Shown here piece after piece: positions 36,843 through 46,562 of a stretch of 64,000 nt of DNA. Location: positions 23,592 to 87,591 of the forward strand of contig CAZJWF010000002.1 of assembly GCA_964549375.1 (NCBI GenBank). The letters run 5' to 3'. The notes beneath the pieces were generated by a model. The model was given only the letters and a program-made list of their open reading frames with translations. It was not told the DNA's origin and searched no databases. Position 1 is the stretch's first letter. The number at the start of each line of letters is the position of its first letter. A program made the translations under genes and the position numbers. This stretch comes from an uncultured Neomegalonema sp. (lineage in GTDB: Bacteria; Pseudomonadota; Alphaproteobacteria; Rhodobacterales; Rhodobacteraceae).

Positions 36843-38585
36843 GTGAAACAGGATAGAGAGGATGATGGGGATCCGACACCGGCCCATCAAATACCTCCAT
36901 TATTCGAAGCCCGCTCAGTCTCGAAAGCATTTGGGGCAGTTAAAGCCAACCAAGACGTTTCGCTCAATGTAAGCGCAGGCGAAAAGTTGGCATTGCTCGG
37001 CGAAAATGGTGCGGGCAAATCGACGTTGGTCAAGATGATCAACGGAGTTCTCAAACCAGACTCCGGCACCTTCATCTGGAAGGGCAAACCAATCTCTATT
37101 TCGTCACCGGCGGCGGCAAGACGAGTCGGCATCGGGATGGTTTTCCAGCACTTTTCAAGTTTTGAAGCGCTGACAGTTATTGAGAATTTGGCAATCGCCC
37201 TCCCTCATTTTTCAATGCGAAAAATCCGAAAAGAACTGACCGGGATCAATGAACGCTACGGGCTAACCATTGATCCGAACAGACAGGTAGAACGGCTTTC
37301 AGCAGGTGAAAAGCAGCGTGTGGAGATCGTTCGCGCACTTTTACAAAAACCGAAGTTGCTGATCCTCGATGAGCCAACATCGGTACTGACACCGCAAGAA
37401 GCTTCCAGCCTCTTTTCGACGCTGAACCGCCTCGCGGCGGACGGCATGGCGTTGATTTACATCTCTCACCGACTACCCGAGATCCAAGAGCTTTGCGACC
37501 GTGCAACCATCTTGCGACAGGGTGAAGTCGTCGGCTCCTGCATTCCCGCCGAAACGTCGGTCTCGCAAATTGCCGAAATGATGATTGGCAAGACAGCCGA
37601 CCCTATTCGCCGCGTAGACGCCTTCGTCGGGGGCGTGCGTTTGCAGGTTGAAGACCTAAGCTTACCCGTGAGCGATGGTGTGCCGCTGAAGAATGTGAGC
37701 TTCACGGCACGCCGAGGTGAAATTATGGGGATTGCCGGTGTCGCGGGCGAAGGGCAAGGTGCATTGTTCGCAGCGCTGAGCGGTGAAATCCGCGCGCGCC
37801 GCGCTCGAAACATCCAAATAGACGGGCAGCCCATCGGTGCACTCCCTCCCAAAGCACGGCGGAAACTTTTAGGAGCTTTTGCTCCTGAACAACGGTTAGG
37901 ACACGCGGCAATCGCAGAGCTGACGCTTTCAGAAAACCTACGCCTGACGCATCACGGGCTGGCGAGTTCTGGGCGACGAAACCTACGAACCCGCACGAAA
38001 AAAATCCGGTCAGAATACGACGTTCGCGCGGCCAGCGGTGATCCAAAAGCGGGAACCCTGTCGGGCGGCAATCTGCAGAAATTTGTCATAGGCAGGGAAT
38101 TGGATCGAGAACCCAGCGTCTTCGTCGTCGCGCAACCTACCTGGGGAGTGGATGCGGGGGCCGCGAGCTTTATCCGCAATGCGCTGCTTGATCTGACGCA
38201 ACGCGGTTCGGCGGTGGTACTGATCTCGCAAGACTTGGATGAAATTTTCCAGATTGCGGATCGCGTCGCTGTCCTGCACCGCGGCGAACTTTCCGAAACT
38301 TATCCGATTGACGATATGTCGCCCGATAAAATTGGGCTGTTGATGGCTGGCGCAGATATTTCCGATTATACACCGCCTCCGGCAAATAGCGCTCCGGCCG
38401 CATCTGATATCAAACCCAAGCCCCAACTTTCCTCATCTGCACAGCCCAAACTAGCCCCGGCATCCTCTCAAAAAGCTGCCGTTAAGTCACCTGAGGCACC
38501 CTCCATACGATATTCTACGAGCGGCACGATAACGGCGCCGTGGACGCCTCCTGAAGTGGTGCAAAGATTTGAGAGGCAGCCATGA
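36843..38585 (+). CDS. ABC transporter ATP-binding protein, duplicated ATPase (BMP/nucleoside-sugar type) with P/A/S-rich C-terminal tail
   Basis: GTG start. Walker A GENGAGKST, signature LSAGEKQRV, LILDEPTS. The second half has LSGGNLQKF. The last ~75 aa are low-complexity. Confidence 0.9.
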   Translation: MKQDREDDGDPTPAHQIPPLFEARSVSKAFGAVKANQDVSLNVSAGEKLALLGENGAGKSTLVKMINGVLKPDSGTFIWKGKPISISSPAAARRVGIGMVFQHFSSFEALTVIENLAIALPHFSMRKIRKELTGINERYGLTIDPNRQVERLSAGEKQRVEIVRALLQKPKLLILDEPTSVLTPQEASSLFSTLNRLAADGMALIYISHRLPEIQELCDRATILRQGEVVGSCIPAETSVSQIAEMMIGKTADPIRRVDAFVGGVRLQVEDLSLPVSDGVPLKNVSFTARRGEIMGIAGVAGEGQGALFAALSGEIRARRARNIQIDGQPIGALPPKARRKLLGAFAPEQRLGHAAIAELTLSENLRLTHHGLASSGRRNLRTRTKKIRSEYDVRAASGDPKAGTLSGGNLQKFVIGRELDREPSVFVVAQPTWGVDAGAASFIRNALLDLTQRGSAVVLISQDLDEIFQIADRVAVLHRGELSETYPIDDMSPDKIGLLMAGADISDYTPPPANSAPAASDIKPKPQLSSSAQPKLAPASSQKAAVKSPEAPSIRYSTSGTITAPWTPPEVVQRFERQP

Positions 38586-39697
38586 TCCGCGTTGAAAAGC
38601 GTCCTGCTCCGTCGACTTTGGCTTCACTTGTATCGCCGATTGTCGCCATTGCGCTGACGATTACCTGCGGATTGTTGATGATCAGCGCCGCAGGAAAGTC
38701 GCCATCCGAGGCATTGGATGTCTATTTCCTTTTCCCGTTCAATGATCTGGTCGCATACTTCAACGCGCCGCCAGATGAACGTAGCGGCCTGCTCTATCAG
38801 CCTGCCGAAGTTTTGGTGAAGGCCATCCCATTGGCGCTGATTGGTGTTGGACTGGCCATCGCTTTCCGGGCGGGCATTTTCAACATTGGTGCTCCAGGAC
38901 AGTATATTTTGGGCGCGATATTCGCGGGCGGCGTTGCGCTTCACGTTCCAGACGAGACGCCTCGCCTGGTCGTTCTGCCAGCTTGCCTGATCGCCGGTGC
39001 AATCGGTGGGTTACTCTGGGCCTTTATTCCAGCGTTTTTGAGAATTCGCACGGGCGCGAATGAAATTCTGACGAGCCTGATGCTGAGTTACGTCGCAGCC
39101 TTGCTGCTCGATTGGCTCGTCCGCAGCCCTTGGAAGGATCCTCTTGGTTTCGGCTTTCCGCAAAGTCGCGACTTTCCAGATTCAGCGATTATTCCGCTTT
39201 TGCTGGAGGGGACGCGGCTGCATTGGGGTCTTGTACTCACCCTGATCATCCTTGCGCTGCTCTGGTTTGTCATGTCTCGCACGGTAACGGGGTTCAGAGT
39301 AACCGTTACCGGCCTCGCACCGCGCGCCGCACATTTCGCGGGGTTCAAGCAATCAACGACGATCTATTCCGTATTTTTGCTCTCGGGCGCTCTTGCAGGA
39401 TTGGCGGGCGCGGTAGAGGCAACATCTACGATTGGACAGCTTCAACCTGAAATTTCCGCTGAATACGGGTTTGCGGCGATCATTGTCGCGTTCCTTGGTC
39501 GGTTACACCCGCTCGGTGTCCTGTTTGCCGCCCTAGTACTCGCGATAACCTATATCGGTGGTGAGAACGCGCAAATTCTGCTTGGCCTTCCCAAAAACGC
39601 GACGCTGGTTTTTCAAGGGATGCTGTTATTATTCCTGCTCGCCTGTGACGCCATGATCCATTATCGCCTTCGCTGGCGTTCGATGCGGAGGGCTTGA
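38582..39697 (+). CDS. ABC transporter permease (BMP/ribose-type)
   Basis: 371 aa polytopic protein. ATGA overlap with the ATPase gene. Confidence 0.9.
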   Translation: MIRVEKRPAPSTLASLVSPIVAIALTITCGLLMISAAGKSPSEALDVYFLFPFNDLVAYFNAPPDERSGLLYQPAEVLVKAIPLALIGVGLAIAFRAGIFNIGAPGQYILGAIFAGGVALHVPDETPRLVVLPACLIAGAIGGLLWAFIPAFLRIRTGANEILTSLMLSYVAALLLDWLVRSPWKDPLGFGFPQSRDFPDSAIIPLLLEGTRLHWGLVLTLIILALLWFVMSRTVTGFRVTVTGLAPRAAHFAGFKQSTTIYSVFLLSGALAGLAGAVEATSTIGQLQPEISAEYGFAAIIVAFLGRLHPLGVLFAALVLAITYIGGENAQILLGLPKNATLVFQGMLLLFLLACDAMIHYRLRWRSMRRA

Positions 39698-39698
39698 T

Positions 39699-40688
39699 AT
39701 GCGAGGATTTCGTATTCTGCTCCTGCTGATCTTGGGTCCGCTATTTTTATTGCTGTTGGCACTGACAGTTGGAAAATTTGTCCCTGAATCATTTTTGATC
39801 GCCGTTATCATTGCCGCAACGCCGTTCCTTTACGCCGCTACAGGCGAACTAATTGCCGAGAGATCCGGGGTTTTGAACCTTGGTGTTGAAGGCATGATGT
39901 TACTTGGCGCGATCGCAGCCTTCGCGACATCTTTGACGACCGGATCCAGTATGCTCGGCATCGCGGCTGGCGCGGCGGCGGGCGCGGCGGGCGCACTTAT
40001 CTTTGTAATTGTCGCGTTGGGGTTTACCGCTAATCAGGCTGCCACAGGTTTGGCGCTAACAATTTTTGGTGCGGGGGCGAGCGGGTTGATCGGTCAGGGC
40101 TATGTCGGGCAAGCTATATCGCCACTTCCCAAATTGAACATTCCCGAAGCCCTCGCAGAATTCCCGGCCTCGCGCATCCTTCTTGGTCATGATGGCATGG
40201 TTTACGGGGCCTTCGCCCTAGTTATCGTCACTTGGTGCTACTTGCGGTTTACGCGCTCTGGCCTGCGCCTTCACGCGATTGGCGATGATCACCACTCTGC
40301 ACAAGCTCAAGGGTTGTCAGTTTTGCGCGTCCGCACGTTTGCGGTGCTTTTTGGTGGGGCTTGCGCTGGGTTAGGAGGTGCTTATCTTTCACTCGCCTAC
40401 ACCCCGCTTTGGGCCGAGGATATGACTGCTGGACGGGGTTGGATCGCGCTCGCCTTGGTCGTTTTTGCGAGTTGGCGCTTATTCAGGGTCACAGTTGGGG
40501 CGCTAATATTCGCAGCAGCCGATCAAGCAGGGAACTACCGCGAAACGCTAAACATCGAAATTCCCTCACAATTTCTCTCGATGGCGCCGTATCTAGCAAC
40601 CATTATTGCCCTAGTGATCATCTCCATCGCCAGTCGGCGCTCCGACACCCCAACTTGTCTTGGACGAGAATTCAGGCCCGATCGTTAA
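39699..40688 (+). CDS. ABC transporter permease (BMP/ribose-type)
   Basis: 329 aa polytopic protein. Starts 1 nt after the previous stop. Confidence 0.9.
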   Translation: MRGFRILLLLILGPLFLLLLALTVGKFVPESFLIAVIIAATPFLYAATGELIAERSGVLNLGVEGMMLLGAIAAFATSLTTGSSMLGIAAGAAAGAAGALIFVIVALGFTANQAATGLALTIFGAGASGLIGQGYVGQAISPLPKLNIPEALAEFPASRILLGHDGMVYGAFALVIVTWCYLRFTRSGLRLHAIGDDHHSAQAQGLSVLRVRTFAVLFGGACAGLGGAYLSLAYTPLWAEDMTAGRGWIALALVVFASWRLFRVTVGALIFAAADQAGNYRETLNIEIPSQFLSMAPYLATIIALVIISIASRRSDTPTCLGREFRPDR

Positions 40689-40811
40689 TTTTGCCGCAGC
40701 GACAATTTTTCGCCGTAGACCTTTAATGTGTCGCGTTAGAGACTTGCGCCAATACGGCGCGCATGTTTGTCTTGCCGCCGGACGGATTACGCGCGAGCTG
40801 TTGGAGGCTTA

Positions 40812-41900
40812 ATGGCCGATACGGGGAGATCAGACGACTTTGTCGTTTTTGATCAGGTTCAGAAAAGTTACGACGGCGAAACGCTGGTCGTCAAAAACCT
40901 CAATCTTGCGATTGGGCAAGGTGAGTTTCTGACGATGCTGGGGCCATCGGGTTCCGGCAAAACGACTTGTCTGATGATGCTCGCAGGGTTTGAAACTGCA
41001 ACGCACGGTGAAATCCGTCTTGCTGGGCGACCTATCAATAATATCCCACCGCATAAGCGTGGGATTGGGATGGTGTTCCAGAATTATGCCCTCTTCCCGC
41101 ATATGACCGTTTCGGAAAATCTCGCATTTCCGCTGCAAGTGCGGAGAATGAGCAAAGCGGATACCCGTGAAAAAGTCGCCAAAGCACTCGATATGGTGCA
41201 GATGGGCGCATTCGGGGACCGTCGTCCGACACAGCTTTCAGGTGGACAGCAACAGCGCGTCGCACTGGCCCGTGCCCTCGTATTCGAACCTGAGTTAGTT
41301 CTCATGGACGAACCCTTGGGCGCACTCGACAAGCAACTACGCGAGCACATGCAGTACGAAATTAAGCACATTCACGAACGCCTTGGCGTGACTGTTGTGT
41401 ACGTGACTCATGACCAATCTGAGGCTCTGACAATGTCAGATCGGATAGCGGTATTTGATGACGGCATCATCCAGCAGCTCGCGCCGCCATCGGTTCTTTA
41501 TGAGAAACCTGAGAACGCTTTTGTGGCATCATTTATCGGCGAAAACAATAAGTTGGGCGCGAAAATTAATAACGTATCGGATGGCGTAGCGACAGTCACG
41601 CTAAGCGACGATAGCGAAGTTCGCGCACTTGCGGTAAATTGTGGAGACAGCGGCAATACCTTATTATCCATCCGACCTGAGCGCGTTTTGCTTGCGGCTG
41701 ACGCTCCTAACCGCTTGGACGGCAAAGTGCTGGAACTTATTTACCTAGGCGACCATATTCGCTGTCGAATGGCGGTTGCCGGACATGACGAATTTATCGT
41801 CAAAGTCCCCAATTCCTCGGATCATGCAGCGTTGAATGTGGGCGAGACGTGCCCCGTTGGTTGGATGACCGAAGATTGCCGCGCACTTGATGCGGCGTGA
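40812..41900 (+). CDS. ABC transporter ATP-binding protein, PotA/polyamine-type
   Basis: ATG 40812 preceded by [37 protein letters not shown] and a C-terminal TOBE-like domain. Confidence 0.9.
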   Translation: MADTGRSDDFVVFDQVQKSYDGETLVVKNLNLAIGQGEFLTMLGPSGSGKTTCLMMLAGFETATHGEIRLAGRPINNIPPHKRGIGMVFQNYALFPHMTVSENLAFPLQVRRMSKADTREKVAKALDMVQMGAFGDRRPTQLSGGQQQRVALARALVFEPELVLMDEPLGALDKQLREHMQYEIKHIHERLGVTVVYVTHDQSEALTMSDRIAVFDDGIIQQLAPPSVLYEKPENAFVASFIGENNKLGAKINNVSDGVATVTLSDDSEVRALAVNCGDSGNTLLSIRPERVLLAADAPNRLDGKVLELIYLGDHIRCRMAVAGHDEFIVKVPNSSDHAALNVGETCPVGWMTEDCRALDAA

Positions 41901-41968
41901 GATGACGCCAACCGTTCACGGTCGGTGAAGAAGAAGGTCGGATTATCCGGCAAAACAGGGAGAGTAAA

Positions 41969-43054
41969 ATGACCAGAGCAATCCTGCTCGCCGCAGCTAG
42001 CGGCATTGCCCTCACGGGTGCGGCGCAGGCCGCAGACACCATTACCGCGGTATCGTGGGGCGGTGCCTACACGAAGTCACAGGTAGAGGCCTATCACAAG
42101 CCTTGGATGGCGAAGACCGGAAACAAGATTATTTCCGAAGACTACAATGGTGGCCTCGCTGAAATCAAAGCACAGGTCGAAGCCGGCAACGTCACGTGGG
42201 ACATCGTTGACGTAGAATTGTCCGATGCGATCCGTGGTTGCGACGAAGGTCTGCTAGAAGAAATCGACCACTCGAAGCTGCCAGCAGCACCAGACGGAAC
42301 GCCAGCAACCGAAGATTTTATCAGCTTGGCTCTCCACGATTGCGCGGTGGCTAACATCGTTTGGTCGACGATCTTTGCTTACGATGGATCGAAGTACAAC
42401 GCCTTTGATCGCCCGCGCTCGATGGTTGATTTCTTCAACACCAAGGCGTTCCCAGGCAAACGTGGCCTGCGTAAGTCGCCAAAGGCTAACCTCGAAATGG
42501 CACTCGTCGCCGACGGCGTTGCGGCTGCGGATGTTTATGACGTGCTCAGCACTGACGAAGGTGTTGACCGTGCCTTTGCGAAACTCGACGAGATCAAAGA
42601 TGATGTCGTTTGGTGGGAAGCGGGCGCACAGCCTCCACAACTTCTCGCTGATGGCGAAGTACAAATGACTACGGCGTATAATGGCCGCATCTTCAACGCG
42701 ATGGCCTCCGAAGGTAAGCCATTTGAAATCGTTTGGGACGGTCAAGTATTTGACGTTGACCTTTGGGTAATTCCGAAGGGCGCGCCTAACAAAGAAGCTG
42801 CACTCGACTTCCTTGCGTTCTCAACCGACACACAACGTCTTGCAGACCAAGCAGCATGGATTTCTTACGGCCCTGCACGCCTGTCGTCTTCTGCACTTGT
42901 CGGCAGCTACAACTCCGACCCAGATCTCAAAATGGGTCCACACATGCCGACGGCTCCAGAAAACTTCGTCAACGCGATTGCAAATGGCTTTGAGTTTTGG
43001 GCTGATAACCAAGACGAGTTGAACGAGCGTTTCAACGCTTGGCTTGCTGGTTGA
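41969..43054 (+). CDS. ABC transporter substrate-binding protein (PotD/PotF-like, family 1)
   Basis: Signal peptide MTRAILLAAASGIALTGAAQA. SWGGAY N-terminal motif. Confidence 0.9.
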   Translation: MTRAILLAAASGIALTGAAQAADTITAVSWGGAYTKSQVEAYHKPWMAKTGNKIISEDYNGGLAEIKAQVEAGNVTWDIVDVELSDAIRGCDEGLLEEIDHSKLPAAPDGTPATEDFISLALHDCAVANIVWSTIFAYDGSKYNAFDRPRSMVDFFNTKAFPGKRGLRKSPKANLEMALVADGVAAADVYDVLSTDEGVDRAFAKLDEIKDDVVWWEAGAQPPQLLADGEVQMTTAYNGRIFNAMASEGKPFEIVWDGQVFDVDLWVIPKGAPNKEAALDFLAFSTDTQRLADQAAWISYGPARLSSSALVGSYNSDPDLKMGPHMPTAPENFVNAIANGFEFWADNQDELNERFNAWLAG

Positions 43055-43063
43055 TCTGATACC

Positions 43064-43100
43064 GGGCCGCCTCACACGGGGCGGCCCATTTCTTTTCTCA
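43064..43100 (+). terminator. Intra-operon hairpin/terminator after the binding-protein gene
   Basis: GGGCCGCC-loop-GGCGGCCC perfect 8-bp stem followed by ATTTCTTTTCTCAATTTTT. Confidence 0.6.
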
Positions 43101-43119
43101 ATTTTTCTGGCGCATATTG

Positions 43120-44388
43120 ATGACTGATGTCACCCCTCAGGTTGACCGAAGCGGCCTTCTTGTGACCGCTGATGGCGTGCCGTTGAAGAAAAAACTTCGG
43201 CGCGCTTTGTCGGTTAGCCGCCGCAGGGCATTTATGCTCGTTGCGCCACTGCTGATTTTTATTCTCGCCAGCTTCATTATCCCGATTTTGACTCTGATGT
43301 GGCAGGGCGTGAAAGACGGCACCTATTCCGAACGGATGCCGGCTTCTGCCGCGATTTTGCAAGAATGGGACGGCAACAGCGAGCCGACAGAAGAGATGGC
43401 CGCCGCGCTGGTTGCTGATTTGATCGAAAGCCGCAAAGCCAAGACCATCGGCAAAGTCGCGACCCGCGTTAATCGCGAACTGTCAGGCACGCGGTCCCTT
43501 TTCACCAAAACCGCCCGAAAAGCGAAAAAACTAGAAGCGCCGTTTCTTGCTGCACTTATTGACGTCGACAAGGATTGGGGTGACGTCAAAACATGGCAGG
43601 CGATGAAGATTGCCTCGAAGACATATACCCCCGCCTATTATGCCGCGGCCGTCGACATGAAATACAACGCGGATGGCAGCTTTACCGAGCAACCGGAAGA
43701 TCGGCAGATTTACGTATCTTTGTTCGTGAAGACCTTGCTCGTCTCAGGCGGCGTCATGTTCGCGTGCATCCTGCTCGGTTTTCCTGTTGCGTATTTGCTG
43801 GCTCATCTTCCTGCGCGGCAAGCAAACCTGCTTATGATTCTCGTACTCTTACCATTCTGGACCTCATTACTAGTGCGCACGACAGCTTGGATCGCCATGC
43901 TGCAAAGCCAAGGGGTATTGAATGACATACTCGTCTGGATTGGGATCACCGGTGACACTGCGAGGTACAGCCTGATCTACAATATGACGGGCACAATCAT
44001 CGCGATGACACATATCCTGCTGCCCTTCATGATCTTGCCAATCTACTCGGTGATGAAAGCCATCCCGCCCAGCCATGTCCGCGCGGCTAAAAGCCTTGGC
44101 GCGACAAACTGGACAGCGTTTTGGCGGGTATACTTTCCCGCAACGATCCCCGGCATTGGCGCGGGTGGCCTGCTCGTTTTCATTCTCGCCATCGGGTATT
44201 ACATCACGCCGGCATTGGTCGGTGGTCAGGATGGACAACTGATCTCGAACTTCATCGCCTATCACATGCAAAAATCACTAAATTGGTCACTCGCGGCAGC
44301 GCTTGGTGGAATTTTGCTGGTGATCGTTCTCTTCCTTTACTGGCTCTATGACCGCATCGTCGGCATCGACAATATGAAGTTGGGGTAA
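43120..44388 (+). CDS. ABC transporter permease (PotB-like) with N-terminal periplasmic extension
   Basis: EAA-like region AAKSLGATNWTAFWRVYFP. The ORF track starts at TTG 43117, and ATG is at 43120. Confidence 0.9.
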   Translation: MTDVTPQVDRSGLLVTADGVPLKKKLRRALSVSRRRAFMLVAPLLIFILASFIIPILTLMWQGVKDGTYSERMPASAAILQEWDGNSEPTEEMAAALVADLIESRKAKTIGKVATRVNRELSGTRSLFTKTARKAKKLEAPFLAALIDVDKDWGDVKTWQAMKIASKTYTPAYYAAAVDMKYNADGSFTEQPEDRQIYVSLFVKTLLVSGGVMFACILLGFPVAYLLAHLPARQANLLMILVLLPFWTSLLVRTTAWIAMLQSQGVLNDILVWIGITGDTARYSLIYNMTGTIIAMTHILLPFMILPIYSVMKAIPPSHVRAAKSLGATNWTAFWRVYFPATIPGIGAGGLLVFILAIGYYITPALVGGQDGQLISNFIAYHMQKSLNWSLAAALGGILLVIVLFLYWLYDRIVGIDNMKLG

Positions 44389-44391
44389 GTC

Positions 44392-45411
44392 ATGGCCAAA
44401 CTACCCCCCTATGCCACCACAGGTGAGCGCATATGGAAGTTCACATACTTGGCGATTTGCGCGCTGATCTTTGTTTTCCTGATCACGCCTATCCTGATCA
44501 TCGCGCCGCTGAGCTTCAACGCTGAGCCGTATTTCAGCTTTACTGACGGTATGCTGGCCTTTGACAAGGAGGCCTATTCGCTGCGTTGGTACCTCGATAT
44601 TCTAACCAACGGGATGGCTGACCCCGAACAAGAACGCTCTTGGGGTATTTTCTTCGACTGGTTATGGAAAGCACTCAGCCCATTTCACACGGCACCGCCG
44701 AGTTTCTTTACGGATGCGTGGGACAACGCCCAATGGGTGCGGGCGATGCGGAACAGCTTCTTCATCGGGTTCTTTGCGACACTCATTGCAGTCAGCCTCG
44801 GAACCTTAGCCGCCATTGGCCTGTCACGCTCAGAGATGCCAGCACGTAGCTTGATCATGTCCATCTTGATCTCGCCGTTGATTGTCCCGTTGGTCGTGAC
44901 AGCGGCGGGCATGTTTTATTTCTATTCGACGAACTTCAACCCTAGTTCATGGCTGCTGGGCGACCCCGACGCGAGTTCTTGGATTCTGGCGCAGACCTAT
45001 GCGGGCGTTATCCTTGCCCACGCTGCACTGGGGACGCCGTTTGTGATCATCACCGTGACCGCGACATTGGTTGGATTCGACAAAAGTCTTGTACGGGCCG
45101 GGGCATCGATGGGTGCTGGGCCAGCTCGGACATTCTGGAAAATCCAAATGCCGCTCATTTTACCCGGCGTCGTGTCGGGCGGTCTGTTTGCCTTTATCAC
45201 TTCATTCGATGAGGTCGTGGCTGTTTTATTCCTCGCAGGGCCGGAACACCGCACGATACCGCGTCAAATGTATTCGGGTATTCGGGAGCAAATTTCGCCG
45301 ACGATCTTGGCCGTCGCGACGATACTCGTGATCCTCTCGATCCTGCTGCTCACGACGCTTGAACTGTTGCGCCGACGCAGCGAACGGTTGCGGGGGATGA
45401 CTCCGGCCTGA
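44392..45411 (+). CDS. ABC transporter permease (PotC-like)
   Basis: RAGASMGAGPARTFWKIQMPL EAA loop. 339 aa polytopic protein. Confidence 0.9.
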   Translation: MAKLPPYATTGERIWKFTYLAICALIFVFLITPILIIAPLSFNAEPYFSFTDGMLAFDKEAYSLRWYLDILTNGMADPEQERSWGIFFDWLWKALSPFHTAPPSFFTDAWDNAQWVRAMRNSFFIGFFATLIAVSLGTLAAIGLSRSEMPARSLIMSILISPLIVPLVVTAAGMFYFYSTNFNPSSWLLGDPDASSWILAQTYAGVILAHAALGTPFVIITVTATLVGFDKSLVRAGASMGAGPARTFWKIQMPLILPGVVSGGLFAFITSFDEVVAVLFLAGPEHRTIPRQMYSGIREQISPTILAVATILVILSILLLTTLELLRRRSERLRGMTPA

Positions 45412-45458
45412 GTTTCGCCTATTTTCACGCGCCTGATTGCAAAAAATCGGAGAATATT

Positions 45459-45707
45459 ATGAAACCGCTATTTGCACTTGCTTTACTGGCCTCTATCGCC
45501 GGATGCAACACCGTTGAGGGTTTTGGACGCGACCTTGCTGCTGGAGGTGAAGCTCTTGAACAAGCCGCGACCGAGGCTCGCCCAGTAGATGAGCAACAGA
45601 CTCAATCGGTCTATCAGCCTGTTCCACAACAACAAACCATCTACCGTCAACAACCTGTCCAGCAGATTAATCCAGCCCCTATTCCCAATTCGACTTACAC
45701 ATATTGA
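45459..45707 (+). CDS. Entericidin A/B-like lipoprotein with Q/P-rich C-terminal extension
   Basis: Lipobox LLASIAGCNTVEGFGRDLAAGGEALEQAA matches the entericidin pattern. The tail QQTQSVYQPVPQQQTIYRQQPVQQ is not part of that family as I remember it. Confidence 0.65.
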   Translation: MKPLFALALLASIAGCNTVEGFGRDLAAGGEALEQAATEARPVDEQQTQSVYQPVPQQQTIYRQQPVQQINPAPIPNSTYTY

Positions 45708-45764
45708 TCACGGGCGGATCAACCCAGCCGCAGTATTTTCAGGCTAGGTTCGGCAATGTTGCGG

Positions 45765-46514
45765 TCATTCCCCAAGGGCCGCAATTACTTCGTCTGTAAA
45801 ATCAGCATTCGAAGTAACATTTTGGATGTCGTCGTCATCCTCTAACGCATCGATCAGCTTCATCAGAGATTTTGCCTGATCGACATCGACGGGATTTGTA
45901 TTCTGTGGGCGCCAGACAAGTTTCGCGCTCTCTGCTTCACCCAACGCCTCTTCCAACGCTTTTGACACGTCGTTCAGGTCAGTGTCCGCGCAGAAGATTG
46001 TGTGTCCGCTTTCTTCGTCGCTCTCAACGTCTTCAGCGCCAGCTTCAATTGCTGCTTCAAAAATCGCGTCGGCATTACCAGCACTGGTCGGGTAGAGAAT
46101 CTGTCCCACACGATCAAACATGAAACCGACAGAGCCGGTTTCACCAAGATTTCCGCCACTTTTCGAAAATGTAGAACGTACTGTTGAAGCAGTTCGATTT
46201 CGATTGTCCGTCAGCGCTTCTACGATCATCGCAACACCGCCGGGCCCATAGCCCTCGTAGCGGATTTCTTCGTAATCATCTCCCTCGCCCGCTTGCGATT
46301 TCTTGATCGCGCGTTCGATGTTATCTTTAGGCATGGACTGCGATTTTGCTTCGCGAACCGCCAGACGCAATCTCGGGTTTTTCTCAGGATCAGGGTCGCC
46401 CATTTTGGCGGCAACTGTGATTTCTTTCGAAAGCTTCGAGAACAGCTTGGAACGGAGCTTGTCCTGACGCCCTTTGCGGTGCTGAATATTGGCCCATTTG
46501 GAATGACCGGCCAT
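45765..46514 (-). CDS. YebC/PmpR family DNA-binding transcriptional regulator
   Basis: [15 protein letters not shown]...N-terminus over a full-length 249 aa. Confidence 0.95.
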   Translation of the reverse strand: MAGHSKWANIQHRKGRQDKLRSKLFSKLSKEITVAAKMGDPDPEKNPRLRLAVREAKSQSMPKDNIERAIKKSQAGEGDDYEEIRYEGYGPGGVAMIVEALTDNRNRTASTVRSTFSKSGGNLGETGSVGFMFDRVGQILYPTSAGNADAIFEAAIEAGAEDVESDEESGHTIFCADTDLNDVSKALEEALGEAESAKLVWRPQNTNPVDVDQAKSLMKLIDALEDDDDIQNVTSNADFTDEVIAALGE

Positions 46515-46562
46515 GAGTCACCTCGTTATGAAGATTTAGATTTGTGGTGTTTATAGGGGTAG

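Noticed and set aside
39955-39995. GC-rich tandem-looking repeat gcggctggcgcggcggcgggcgcggcgggcgc
   Set aside because: It simply encodes an Ala/Gly run (AAGAAAGAAGA) inside a permease TM/loop region. It is not a repeat element.
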